This document shows positions 49,609 through 61,755 of a stretch of DNA of 64,000 nucleotides, one piece after another (the first letter of the stretch is position 1; the number at the start of each line of letters is the position of its first letter). Both the position numbers and the translations under genes were made by a program. The DNA lies in contig NC_086097.1 in NCBI RefSeq assembly GCF_963921235.1, forward strand, positions 194,248,001-194,312,000, in the 5' to 3' direction. The notes under the pieces were generated by a model. That model did no database searches and was not told where the DNA came from. It was given only the letters and a program-made list of their open reading frames with translations. The DNA comes from Mobula hypostoma. Taxonomy: Eukaryota.

Positions 49609-51185
49609 TACAGGTTTCCCCCGCCATCCGAAGGTAGAGCGTTCCTATGAAACGGTTCGTAAGCCGAAATGTCGTGAAGTGAAGAAGCAATTACCATTTA
49701 TTTATATGGGAAAATTTTGTGAGCGTTCGCAGACCCAAAAATAACCTACCACATCATGCCAAATAACACATAAGACCTAAAATAACAGTAACATATAGTA
49801 AAAGCAGGAATGATATGATAAATACACAGCCTATATAAAGTAGAAATACTTTTCCACAATCATTACTGAACTGTTCTCCATAGCGAAAATCTCACGCAAG
49901 CGCCGTCGGCAGAAAATCTCACGCAAGCGCTGTTGGCAAGAACACTTTCTCCAGTAACCTTTAAGCTATGAAGCTGCCAAATCATACCAAATAACACGTA
50001 AAAATACACAGCCAATATAAAGTAGAAATAATGTATGTACAGTGTAGTATCACTTACGGGAATCAACAAGATAGCTTGCCGAGTACACGGATGATGGTGT
50101 GTTAGATCGAGTCGTCGTAGGTTGGGATGGTGCAGTGGCCCCCACCCTCCAGGCCGCTGAGCGATACATTGCCGCGAAGCATGCAGGAATGCAGCAATAG
50201 CCGGGAGGCACACAGCACACCTTTAAGAAAAAAGCCGAAATTAACAAGCTAATTAATTAGGTGCCACCCAACACATAGTCGGCCCAGACCAGTGTTGATT
50301 TCCGACTGCGTCGTCTCTGATCTGGGCCGACAATTACTTGTCGGCAGCACCTAATTAATTAGCATGTTTATTTCGGCTTTTTTCTTAAAGATGTGCTGTG
50401 TGCCTCCTGGCTACCGTTGCATTCTCCGCGAATCGGTATCTGTCCGTGGCCTGGGGGGTTGGGGTGGTGGGACACTGGGGTGTCATCTCGTCATCGTCTT
50501 GTTTCCATTAGAGCAGGCAGCTCATCTTCTTCTATCTCTGCCCGCCTCGATGTCGAAGGTTGAGGTTCGTCGTCTACTGTGGCTGATGTGGAAGGCTTGC
50601 TTGACTGCTGAGCCTTGCGCATTTTTCTATCACACAGTTCTTTGTAAGGACTCAAACCATCCTGCAAATATCCCCTAAACCGATGTACCCTTTCAAAATT
50701 AAAGTCATACTTTATCATTACTCATTCGTCTGTTTCGATTGTTATCCTTTTTTCTTCCAATTGCATCAGCTCTTCATCTGTCAGTTCTTGGTCATGGGAT
50801 GCCAAAACCTCTTCAACATCATGTTCGCCAGCTTCCACAAGCCAAACTCACGTTGTCCTTACTTTGTTCACCATGATCAAAACACTTAATTATGTCTAGT
50901 TTTACGCTAAGTAACACCCTTACGAGCTCTTTTAGGCTCTTCCGATACCTTAGAACTCATCTTGCAAACGGCTGCTCACAGGCACGAGTTTAAGCAAAGC
51001 CGGCGAGAATCCAGGGGAGAGCGGCTGCTTGGGGCGCGCGCTGCATTTTATCGCGCGCTGATTTTTTATCACGCGCTGCTTTTTTTTTCGTAACAGTGAA
51101 AACACCTTCTGAAAGCGAAAACAGGGTACTAATGTAGGTCTTTTGTAACAGTGTGGTTTCGTAAAGCAAACCTTCGAAAAGCAAA
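49609..51185 (-). mobile_element. Tigger/pogo-type non-autonomous DNA transposon; right end appears truncated
   Basis: TA+caggtttcccccg terminus; minus-strand transposase C-terminal remnant DVEEVLASHDQELTDEELMQLEE, DFNFER..F. Confidence 0.8.
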
Positions 51186-51371
51186 CTTAAAAAAGCTTTT
51201 AGCATCTTCCCTCCCACCTCACTTTCCACAGGGATTGCTCCCTAAACCACTCCCTTGTCCACTTGTCCCTCCCCATTGATCTCCCTCCTAGTATTTATCC
51301 TTGCAAATGGAACAGATGCCATACCTGCCCCTATACCTCCTCCCTCACCACCATTCAGGGCCCCAAGCAGT

Positions 51372-53352
51372 CATAAGAACATAAGAAATAGGAGCAGGAG
51401 TAGGCCATCCAGTCCATTGAGCCTGCCCCGCCATTCAATAAGATCATGGCTGATCTGTCCGTAAACTCAGCTCCATCTACCTGCCTTTTCCCCATAACCC
51501 TTAATTCCCCTACTATGTAAAAAATCTATATAACTGTATCTTAAATATATTTAGTGAAGAAGCCTCAACTGCTTCCCTGGGCAGAGAATTCCACAGATTC
51601 ACCACTCTCTGGGAAAAACAGTTTCTCCTCATCTCTGTCCTAAATCTTCTCTCCTGAATCTTGAGGCAAAGTCCTCTAGTTCTCATCTCACCTACCAATG
51701 GAAACAACTTTACTGCTTCTATCTTAGAAACATAGAAAACATACAGCAAAATACAGGCCCTTCGGCCCACAAAGCTGTGCCAAACATGTCCCTACCTGAG
51801 AACTACCTAGGCTTTACCCATAGCCCTCTATTTTTCTAAGCTCCATGAAGCCATCCAGGAGTCTCTTAAAAGATCCTATCGTTTTCACCTCCACCACCGC
51901 CGCCGGCAGCCCATTCCACGCACTCACCACTTTCTGCGTAAAAAACTTAACCCTGACATCTCCTCTGTATCTATTTCCAAGCACCTTAAAACTGTGCCCT
52001 CTCGTGCTAGCCATTTCAGCCCTGGGGAAAAGCCTCTGCCTTTCCGCATGATCAATGCCTTTCATTATCTTGTACACCCCTATCAAGTCACCTGTCGTCC
52101 TCCGTCGCTCCAAGGAGAAAAGGCCGAGTTCGCTCAACCGATTCTCAAAAGGCATGCTCCCCTATCCAGGCAACATCCTTGTAAATCTCCTCTGCACCCT
52201 TTCTATGGTTTCCACGTCCTTCCTATAGTGAAGCGACCAGAATTGAGCACAGTACTCCAGGTGTGGTCTGACCAGGGTCCTATATAGCTGCAACATTACC
52301 TCTCGGCTCTTATCTATCCCTTTCAAAATTTTCTATTTTTCTATATGATCCCCTCTCATTCTTCTGAATTCCAGAGAGTATAGTCCCAGGCGACTCAATC
52401 TCTCATAGGTTAACCCCTTCATCTCTAGAATCAACCTGGTGAACCTCCTCTGCACTGCCTCCAAATCCAGTATATCCTTTCTCAAGTATGGAGACCAGAA
52501 CTGCATACAGTACTCCACGTGCAGCCTCACCAGTACCCTGTATAGTTGCAGCATGACCTCCTTCCTCTTGAGTTCAATCCCTTTAACAATGAAGGCCAAC
52601 ATTCCGTTTGCCTTCTTAATAATCTGCTGCACCTGCAAGCCAACTTTTTGCTATTCATGCACAAGCACTCCTAATTCCCTCTGCACAACAGCATACTGCA
52701 ATCTTTCACCATTTAAATAATAATCTGCTCTTCTATAATTCCTTCCAAAGTGGATGATCTCGCATTTACCAACACTGTATTCTATCTGCCAGACCTTGGC
52801 CCACTCACTTAACCTATCTATATCCCTCTGCAGACTCTCCACATCCTCTGTACAATTTGCTTTTCCACTCAGTTTAGTGTCATCAGCAAATTTTGCTATG
52901 TTACACTCAGTTCCGTCTTCCAAATCATCAACGTAAATGGTATACAGCCGCGGGCCCAGCACCGAACCCTGCGGCACACCACTCACCACTGACTGCCAAC
53001 CGGAGAAACACCCATTTATACCAACGCTCTGCCTTCTATTGATTAACCAATCCACTATCCATGCCAATACACTTCCTCTGACTCCATGCACCCATACCTT
53101 AATTATAAGTCTCTTGTGCGGCACCTTATCAAACGCCTTCTGGAAATCAAAGTATACAACATCCACCTGTTCCCCTCTATACACTGCACTCATTATGTCC
53201 TCAGAGAGCTCCAGTAAGTTTGTCAAACAGGACCTGCCCTTTCTGAATCCATGCTGCGTCTGTCTAATGGACCCACTTTCTAAAGGTTTCGCTATTTCTT
53301 CCTTAATAACAGTTTCAAGCACTTTCCCAACTACAGATGTTAAGCTAACTGT
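51372..53352 (-). mobile_element. CR1 LINE with a nested second CR1 3' fragment (51726-52311)
   Basis: 223-aa RT ORF QHGFRKGRSCLTNL...DFQKAFDKVPH...KFADDTK; tails cataagaacataagaa and agaaacatagaaaac. Confidence 0.92.
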
Positions 53353-54009
53353 ATGTTAGGCAATACTTCACCTGTGAAGGGGTCAACAACTGTATCCAAC
53401 ACTCCAGGTGTGGCCTGCTGTATATCAGGTGATACCCGACATAGATTGGGAGACCACTTCATTGTGCACCACAAAAAGCAGGAATTCCCAGTGGCCACCC
53501 TTTTCAATTCTACTTCCTATTATGAATCCGACATGTCAGTCCATGGCCTTTTCTCCTGCCAGGGTGAGACCATACTCAGGATGAAGGAGCAACATCTTGT
53601 ATTGCGTCTGAGTAGCCTCCAACCTGATGGCATGAACATCAATTTCTTGAACTTCTGGTAACTGTCCCTCCTCCTCTCCTTCACCATTCCCCATTCTCTT
53701 TCCCCTTTCACACCTTGTCTTCTCACCTGTCCATCACCTCCCTCTGGTGCTCCTTCCTCTTCTCTTTCTTCCATGGTTTTCAGTCCTCTCCTATCAAATT
53801 ACCCCTTCTCCAACCCTTTATCTTGTTCAACAATCAACTTCCCAGCTCTTCACTTCACCCCCACCACCACCCCCAACCTCTCGGTCATCTGCTACCTTGT
53901 ACTTCTTCCTCCCCTGTCTGACTTCTCTCCTTCTTTTCCAATCCTGATTAAGGGTCTCAGCCCAAAACATCAACTGTTTATTCTTTTCCACAGATCCTGC
54001 CTGGTATGC

Positions 54010-55945
54010 CTGAGGACCCGTGACTCCGCCTTCAGAGCAGGCGACAAGGCAGCCCTAACAACAGTGAGGGCCAAACTGTCCCGGGCCATCAGAGAAGCAA
54101 AGCGTGCACATGCCCAGCGAATCCACAGCCAATTCCAGGATAGTGGCGAAACGCGGTGCATGTGGAAGGGCATTTAGGACATCACCAACTACAAGACACC
54201 AACACCTGCCTGTGCTGGTGATGCCTCCCTCCCAGATGCCTTGAACAACCTCTACGCTCATTTTGAAGCGGAAAATGATGTGGCGGCGAGGAAGACCACC
54301 CCTCCTCCAAATGACCAGGTGCTGTGTCTTACCGTGGCCAATGTAAGGAGAACCCTGTGCAGGGTCAACATGGAAGGCTGCTGGACCAGACAATATTCCT
54401 GGCAGAGTGCTTAGAGATGTGTAGACCAGCTAGCAGCGATGCTCACTGACATCTTCAATATCTCCCTGAGCAGTGCCGTCGCTCCTACGTGCTTCAAGGC
54501 TGCTACCATCATCCCTGTGCCGAAGAAGTCTACAGTGCTGCCTCAACGACTACCATCCCGTTGCACACACATCCATCATCATGAAGTGTTTTGAGAGACT
54601 GGTCATGAGGCACATCAAGACCCTGCTGCCCCCCTCACTGGATCCCCTGCAGTTCGCGTACCGTCCCAACCGTTCAACAGACGGCGCCATTGCCATCACC
54701 CTCCACCTGGCCCTAACCCACCTGGACAAAAAAGACACGCAAGTTCAAATGCTGTTCATAGACCTCAGTTCAGCATTCAACACAATCATTCCTCAGAAAC
54801 TGACTGGAAAGCTGAGCCTACTGGGCCTGAACACCTCCCTCTGCAACTGGATCCTACACTTCCTGACTGGGAGACCCCAGCCAGTCCGGATTGGAAGCAG
54901 CATCTCCAACACCATCACACTGAGCACGGGGGCCCCCCAGGGCTGTGTGCTCAGTCCACTGCTGTTCACTCTGCTGACCCACGACTGTGCTGCAACACAC
55001 AGCTCGAACCACATCATCAAGTTCTCATCAGCGAGAATGATTAGTCAGCATACAGAGCGGAGGTGCAGCGGCTAACAGACTGGTGCAGAGCCAACAATCT
55101 ACCTCTGAATGTGAACAAAACAAAAGAGATGGTTGTTGACTTCAGGAGGACACGGAGCGACCACTCCCCGCTGAACATCGACGACTCCTCCATAGAGATA
55201 GTTAAGAGCACCAAATTTCTTGATGTTCACCTGGCAGAGAATCTCACCTGGTCCCTCAACACCAGCTCCATAGCAAAGAAAACCCAGCAGCATTTCTACT
55301 TTTTGCGAAGGCTGAGAAAAGTCTGCCTCCCACCCCCCATCCTCAGCACATTCTACAGAGGTTGTACTGAGGGCATCCTGAGCAGCTGCATCACTGCCTG
55401 GTTCGGAAATTGCACCATCTCGGATCGCAAGACCCTGCAGCGAATAGTGAGATCAGCTGAGAAGATCATCGGGGTCTCTCTTCCCGTCATTACAGACAAT
55501 GACACCACACGCTGCATCCGGAAAGCAAACAGCATTATGAAGGACCCCGCACACCCCTCATACAAACTCTTCTCCCTCCTTCCATCTGGCAAAGGCACTG
55601 AAGCATTCGGGCTCTCACAACCAGACAATGTAACAGTTTCTTCCCCCAAGCCATCAGACTCCTCAATACCCAAAGCCTGGACTGACACCAACCTACTGCC
55701 CTCTACTGTGCCTACTGTCTTGTTTATTATTTATTGTAATGCCTGCACTGTTTTGTGCACTTCATGCAGTCCTGGGTAGGTCTGTAGTCTACTGTAGTTT
55801 TTGTGTTGTCTTATGTAGTTCAGAGTAGCTTTTGTATTGTTTCATGTAGCACCATGGTCCTGAAAAATGTTGTCTCATTTTTACTGTGTACTGTACCAGC
55901 AGTTATGGTCAAAATGACAATAAAAAGTGACATGACTTGACTTGA
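54010..55945 (+). mobile_element. Rex1/Babar-type LINE, 5'-truncated and frameshifted
   Basis: [54 protein letters not shown]; (gactt)n tail. Confidence 0.92.
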
Positions 55946-57170
55946 TGCTGAGTTTCTCCAGCATTTTGTGTGTGTTGCTTTGGATTCCCAGCATCGGCGG
56001 ATTCTCTGATGTTTGTTAAACTGATACAAAGAAGACTACCTACAATTTGGAATCTTGAGCACACATGGCTTCAAAGCATTTGTCATTCACAATGCAACTT
56101 AACTGGGGCTGTCCATCACTGTTCTTGTTTTGCAAGAGTCTGTTTCAATACCAAGTACTATGGTCAGTATCAGGAAATAAGTAGAATTGTCAAGTATCTT
56201 TCACTTCAACAGCCTCAAGTAACTTTGCCTGCCTGAAGGTAGTTAACATTAAGATTTTAATGTGTACAGCTTCATACTTTCACCCCTGAAAAAACTGACT
56301 ATTTCTTGGTCTGTTATTGTAAAGGATGGTCTGAAAACTTTATAACAATGAGGAAAATTTGCAATTATATTGCATCTTTTACATCACCTTCAGGTGCTTA
56401 AATATTTCTGTCAAGAGACTGCTATTGTTATGCAGGAAAAACAGAAACTTTTTTGTGATAACTAAAATCACAGTTGTAGGAACTTATTCCTGTCCATTTG
56501 AAAATGAATCCCCAACAGTGCAGCATTATAACAATACTACACCAAAGCATTAAACTAGAATTCTGCAGTCAAATCTGGAGTGACACATAAACCCAGAACC
56601 TTTTGACTCTGAGACTAGGCTATTATCAAGTAATTCAGAACCTTTACTGCTTTTACCAGACATTGATTTTACCACCCACCCAGGTACCCGAGAATGCTAT
56701 CACTGCACAGAACAGTATTACTTACATTAAACTTAACATTGTAATAAACAATTACACTGAAAGACCATCAAGTTCAATTCTGATTGGCTAATTTCTCTTC
56801 CCTGCTCCCTCACTTACTGCGGGCAATGAATCTAATTATGACTATTGAATGTTTCAGCTCTTTTGCTAGCGGTTCAGAATATTTAAACATATTTTAATAG
56901 AATTCTGCCCTGTACATACTGCCATGACAACAGCTTTTGACATAGTGTCACAGTAGTTAAACCATAACAGAGAATGACTTTGCCACCAAAGCTGGAACTG
57001 GAGATTTCTCAAAAGTTTTACAAAATCTTAATATGGAGCTATTTTAAATGACTATTCGAAGATGATTTAATAAGCCACCCTATAAACCCATTCATATGTT
57101 AAAGTACAACTTTCAATATAAAAATGTGGATAAAGTTAATGATGACATTCAATGGTAATTCTATACTTAC

Positions 57171-57284
57171 CACAGCTATTTGGACTTCACCTCCAGTGGA
57201 AAATACATCACCTTCATGGTCACCATAAAGCAGAAAACGAACTATGCTTCCATAAATTATTGGCACTGTTTTAACCGTCTTAAC
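57171..57284 (-). CDS. SMCHD1: SMCHD1 exon (~human exon 14), 114 nt
   Basis: [38 protein letters not shown]; ttttcag / GTAAGT. Confidence 0.96.
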
Positions 57285-58149
57285 CTGAAAATAAGTTGAA
57301 GTCTTTCAAGTTAATTCTACATAACTTTTAAGATTTTAGACACAGAGCCAGAGTTATTCAGCACAGAAACTGACCCTTCAGCCACCACATCCATGTCGAC
57401 CTTTTGCCCATCTACACTAACCCCGTCTGCCTGCATTTTCTGCAAGTAGTTAAACACCATTCAACCAAAATTGAAATATTTTATTGTCAAAAATAAAATC
57501 ATCTTTTCATCTACAATCTTGTAGGTGCATCTTTTGTCACAACACGAATGTGAAAAACAAAAAAATACACCAATACCTTAATTCATTCCAAGAACAAGAT
57601 GCATGCTACACAGCACAGCACAATGTGAACAACTTTTGAAACGCCACACTGTGCATGGATTTTATTGATTTATCTCTTTCTATTCTTGATATAATTAATA
57701 TTGATCAATGAAAGAAATTTAAGTCATGAATAACTAACAATGGCATCTTGCATCATTGCAATTAAGATAAATAACAATTTATACAAACATAATACATTTT
57801 TTTACAATGAATATTCAAGTACACTATTAGCATAATGTTCAAAAAGAAAAAGAAAATTAATTTACTGCCCTACCATTCTTTTTACCCATTCTGAAACCAG
57901 CCTACACAAATTTCAGATGTTCTAGGTTTAAAACACCCCATACCAACCTCAAATATCCATCTCCTGGTAAATAACTGGAAAATAAGGACTGATCCAAAGA
58001 CTTCAAAAAATCTTCAATTTAAGTCAATATTATTTTAATAACCCAAGATTGCTAGATTTATATAGATATTAATTTGTACAAATAAATTTCCTAAATGAAA
58101 TGTTATAAAATAATCCCTTAATAGATAAAATTGTTTGTAGAAAAGAAGT

Positions 58150-58820
58150 TTCAGTGCCTCTGTTTCCTTCGGAGTTTGCCAAGGTTTGGCATGACATCTA
58201 GAACTTTGACAAACTCTATACATGTGTGGCTGGCTATACTAACAGGCTGCATCACAGCCGGGTATGGAAGCACTGATGCCCTTGAACGGAAAATCTTACA
58301 ATTAGTAGGTGAATCTGGCCTAGTCCATAAAGAGTAAAGCCTTCCTAACTATTGAGTACATCTACACAGAGCATTGCTGCAGGAAAGCAACATTCATCAT
58401 CAAGGACCCCCCCCCCCCCCAGTCATGTCCCTTCTTACTGCTGTCATCAGGAAGGTGGTACAGGAGCTTTAGGACCCACAGCACCAGATTCAGGAAGTTA
58501 TTACCCCTCAACCTTGAACTTTGGCTTTTGAACTAAAGGGGAAAACTTCATTCAACTTCACTTGCCCCATCACTAAAATGCTCCCATGACCTATGGACTC
58601 ATTTTTAAGGAATCTTTATCTCAGGTTCTCGAGATATATATATTTTAAAAATTAATCAATCAACTTATTTATTTATTTTTGTATTTGCAGTTTGTTGCCC
58701 TGTATGCCCTGTTGGCATGGTCTTTCATTGATTCTATTATGGCTATTGGATTTATTGAGTATGACTACAAGAAAATGAATATCAAGGTTGCATACAGTGA
58801 CATATATTTACTTGGAACTT
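58150..58820 (+). mobile_element. Degraded Rex1-like 3' fragment
   Basis: FLRSLPRFGMT..TLTN, ILTGCITAGYG; tail gaaaatgaatatcaaggttgcatacagtgac. Confidence 0.8.
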
Positions 58821-59384
58821 CTAAGGTGGGTGCTCAACACTAAGTAGTGTTTCTATTGTTGCTCTCAAAAGCAAGTTAACAACTTAAAACATGTTAGTGC
58901 CACTTCAATTGTTCTGATAGATGTCCTTAGAAAATAATTATTAAAATAAGCATCTCAACTGCGAGATTCTACCCACAATTCTCCTGGCTAAACTTGCAGT
59001 CCAAAGGCAGCTTCATGACAACTAGGCAAGAAACTTAAAATTAATTGATAGATTAAAACACAAGTCAAGTGAACATACTCCTGCCATCATACCTATATTA
59101 AGGAATAATAAATATTCTTTACTTAGCAAAAGCAGAATCTTGAAAATTAAGACTACTTACAGAAGAGGAAATCGCTCAATAAAGCGTTTTAACTCTAACT
59201 GTCCCATTTTTTTATCCAGTGCCTTGATCACTATAAGGCAACATTATCTAGTTTGAAAACACAAAACTACATATTCCCAACGAGCTAATGGAATTTTCTT
59301 ATTAAATATATCCTTCACTAGCATTTTTAATTGTTAACCTGTACTTTCAAAATCAAAGAAATTTTCAATGTATAAATGGCTTAC

Positions 59385-59582
59385 CATTTGTGCTGCTTTA
59401 AAGATTTTACCATCCCATTCAATTGCCGCATATACAGCCCAAGGACTCTGCATACGTTTTGATGGCAAATCACTTCTGGTGATTGTACCTTTGTAAGAGC
59501 TGAATTTTATTTGTTTGTCATATTTCTCATGGCACTCCTTAAGCCACATGGCAAATTCTCTGTCTATCTTCATCCTCTGCTC
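59385..59582 (-). CDS. SMCHD1: SMCHD1 coding exon, first in window (~human exon 13), 198 nt, phase 0-0
   Basis: [27 protein letters not shown]...[14 protein letters not shown] matches recalled vertebrate SMCHD1; acceptor ctttcag, donor GTAAGC. Confidence 0.96.
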
Positions 59583-60840
59583 CTGAAAGGGAAATTTGGG
59601 TTACACTTCAAAAATAAACAAAAAAAGAAATTCAAACAGCAAGCAAGGAAAAAATTATTAAATTGGACATTTGAAAACAAGATCATTGACAGAGACTAAA
59701 GACCCAGTATTGGGTTATAAATGCAAATAAATCTTTAAAAACTCCTAAAAATATATATATATTTTAAAAAAGACAATGTAAGAAATCATGAGTAAATAGA
59801 AAAATGCTGGAAACATTCCGGTGAGGCAGCATCCTTAGAAAATGATATCAGGTCATAGGTTCAGGTCCTCAGTGAAGTTGGGCTCTGTTAGAACCTCTGA
59901 CCTGAAACAATGATTATTTCTCTTTCTACACATGATGGCTAACCTGCTTTAGAGTCTTAAATTATAGAGCACTACGGCATAGAAATAGGTCCTTCAGTCC
60001 ATCTAATCTATCCAGTGTTCTGCTTCTGGCCCTATCACTTTCCAGTTCAATAGCGAAAACATTACCTAAAGGATTTCACAGTTGTAAATTTCTGAGGAAT
60101 AATTAGTGAACTGTTTCTTCCTGAGGAGGCACACACAAAAATAGGGGCCAAAGAAAGCAAATAAGTAATGCTTCCATGGTGTCATTTCAAAAACTAAGCA
60201 GAATTTATGAAGCAAATCAGCTGCATGTTCTAAAATACTAAGTTCCTCTAAAACAACATTTGCATAGGATTTAAGAGCAAAATGTCCTTTGTACTAATTA
60301 AATACCTGACAACCTTCAGAAAAACCATAAATTAAAACAGTGTAAATTAAACTAATAAAGGGTTACAGATCTTAGCCTTCAGTAATTAAAATATTTAATA
60401 GAAAAAATATATGTGCATGGCTAACTGCATGCAACTCAGGTATCAGCTCGATGAAGATCCCACTCATTGCTGCTTTAATGCTACAAGTCAAAACATCTAC
60501 CTATGCTGTTATAAAGAGTATCCTAGAACCAAGGAAATGTTTCCTGGTCCACTTTCAGTAGACTGCCTCATTTCGGAATTATTTTCATTAGTCTGCTTCA
60601 TCACATCAAGTTCATGCTTGAGACTCACAAGATTATGCTCTGAAGCAATCTACCTAGATAAACATTTGGTTATATCATAAAGCAGAATCTCTGTCTCTCC
60701 TCTGCTATGCCTAGATTTATTCGCAGTTATAGCATAAACTGCCAAGGCAAAATTTGAGGAGCCTGTACAATTTTTATTACAAATATGTGGGTGGTGATGC
60801 TTCTACACACTGTTATTACAGAGAGCAGCAAATAGTGATC

Positions 60841-61057
60841 TATACTAAAGTGGCCATTTTTTTTGGTACACCTGCTTGATAATGCAAATAGCTAATCAGC
60901 CAATCATGTGGCAGCAACTCCATGCATAAAAGCATACAGACATGGTCAAGAAGATCTAATTGTTGTTCAGAATGGTGAAGAAATATGATCTAAGTGACTT
61001 TGACCATGGAATGGTTGTTAGTGTCAGATGGGATGGTTCTCAGAAACTGCTAATCTC
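60841..61057 (+). mobile_element. Left part of a Tc1-derived element (same family as 2022-2558), cut by a CR1
   Basis: tatactaaagtggccatttt..ggtacacctg TIR; body is the reverse complement of about 2340-2510. Confidence 0.75.
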
Positions 61058-61755
61058 AATAGACAATAGGTGCAGGAGTAGGCTATTCGGCCCTTGAGCC
61101 CGCACCGCCATTCACTATGATCATGGCTGATCATCCACAATCAGTACCCTGTTCCTGCCTTCACCCCATATCCCTTGACTCCACTATCATTAAGAGCTCT
61201 ATCTAACTCTTTCTTGAAAGCATCCAGAGAATTGGCCTCCACTGCCTCCTGAGGCAGAGCATTCCACAGATCCACAACTCTCTGGGTGAAAAAGTTTTTC
61301 CTCAACTCCGCTTTAAATGGCCTACCCCTTATTCTCACATTGTGGCCTCTGGTTCTAGACTCCCCCAACACCAGGAACATGTTTCCTGCCTCTAGCGTGT
61401 ACAATCCCTTAATCTTGTATGTTTCAATCAGATCCCCTCTCATCCTTCAAAATTCCAGTGTATACAAGCCCAGTCGCTCCAAACTTTCAACATATGACAG
61501 TCCCGCCATCCCGGGAATTAACCTTGTGAACCTTCGCTGCACTCCCTCAATAGCAAGAATGTCCTTCCTTAAATTTGGAGACCAAAACTGTACACAGTAC
61601 TCCAGGTGTGGTCTCACCAGGGCCCTGTACAACTGCAGAAGGACCTCTTTGCTCCTATACTCAACTCCCCTTGTTATGAAGGCCAACATGCCATTAGCTT
61701 TCTTCACTGCCTGCTGTACCTGCATGCTTACTTTCAGTGACTGGTGACAAGGACA

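Larger units (their letters stand above)
46293..51202 (-). mobile_element. CR1 LINE (ORF2 3' part) hosting Tc1 and Tigger insertions
   Basis: KSPGPDGMHP, RPVSLISVVGKLLE, HLDFQKAFDKVPH, KFADGTK; tail cataagacc at 46293. Confidence 0.9.
45854..56014 (+). mobile_element. Fragmented Penelope-like element: inverted 3'-end copy at 45854-46145; sense pieces at 46146-46293, 51203-51372, 53355-54009 and 55945-56014
   Basis: Pieces are collinear with the Penelope copies at 5306-6292 and 62820-63870: ...LQWDPTTKHI | FPP...TIQGPKQS | FTCEG...LQPDGMNINF | gctgagtttctccagcattttgtg. Confidence 0.85.

Noticed and set aside
60064..60121. cctcag...ttagGTAAT pseudo-exon on the minus strand
   Set aside because: Stops in two frames, no SMCHD1 similarity, and not needed for the gene model
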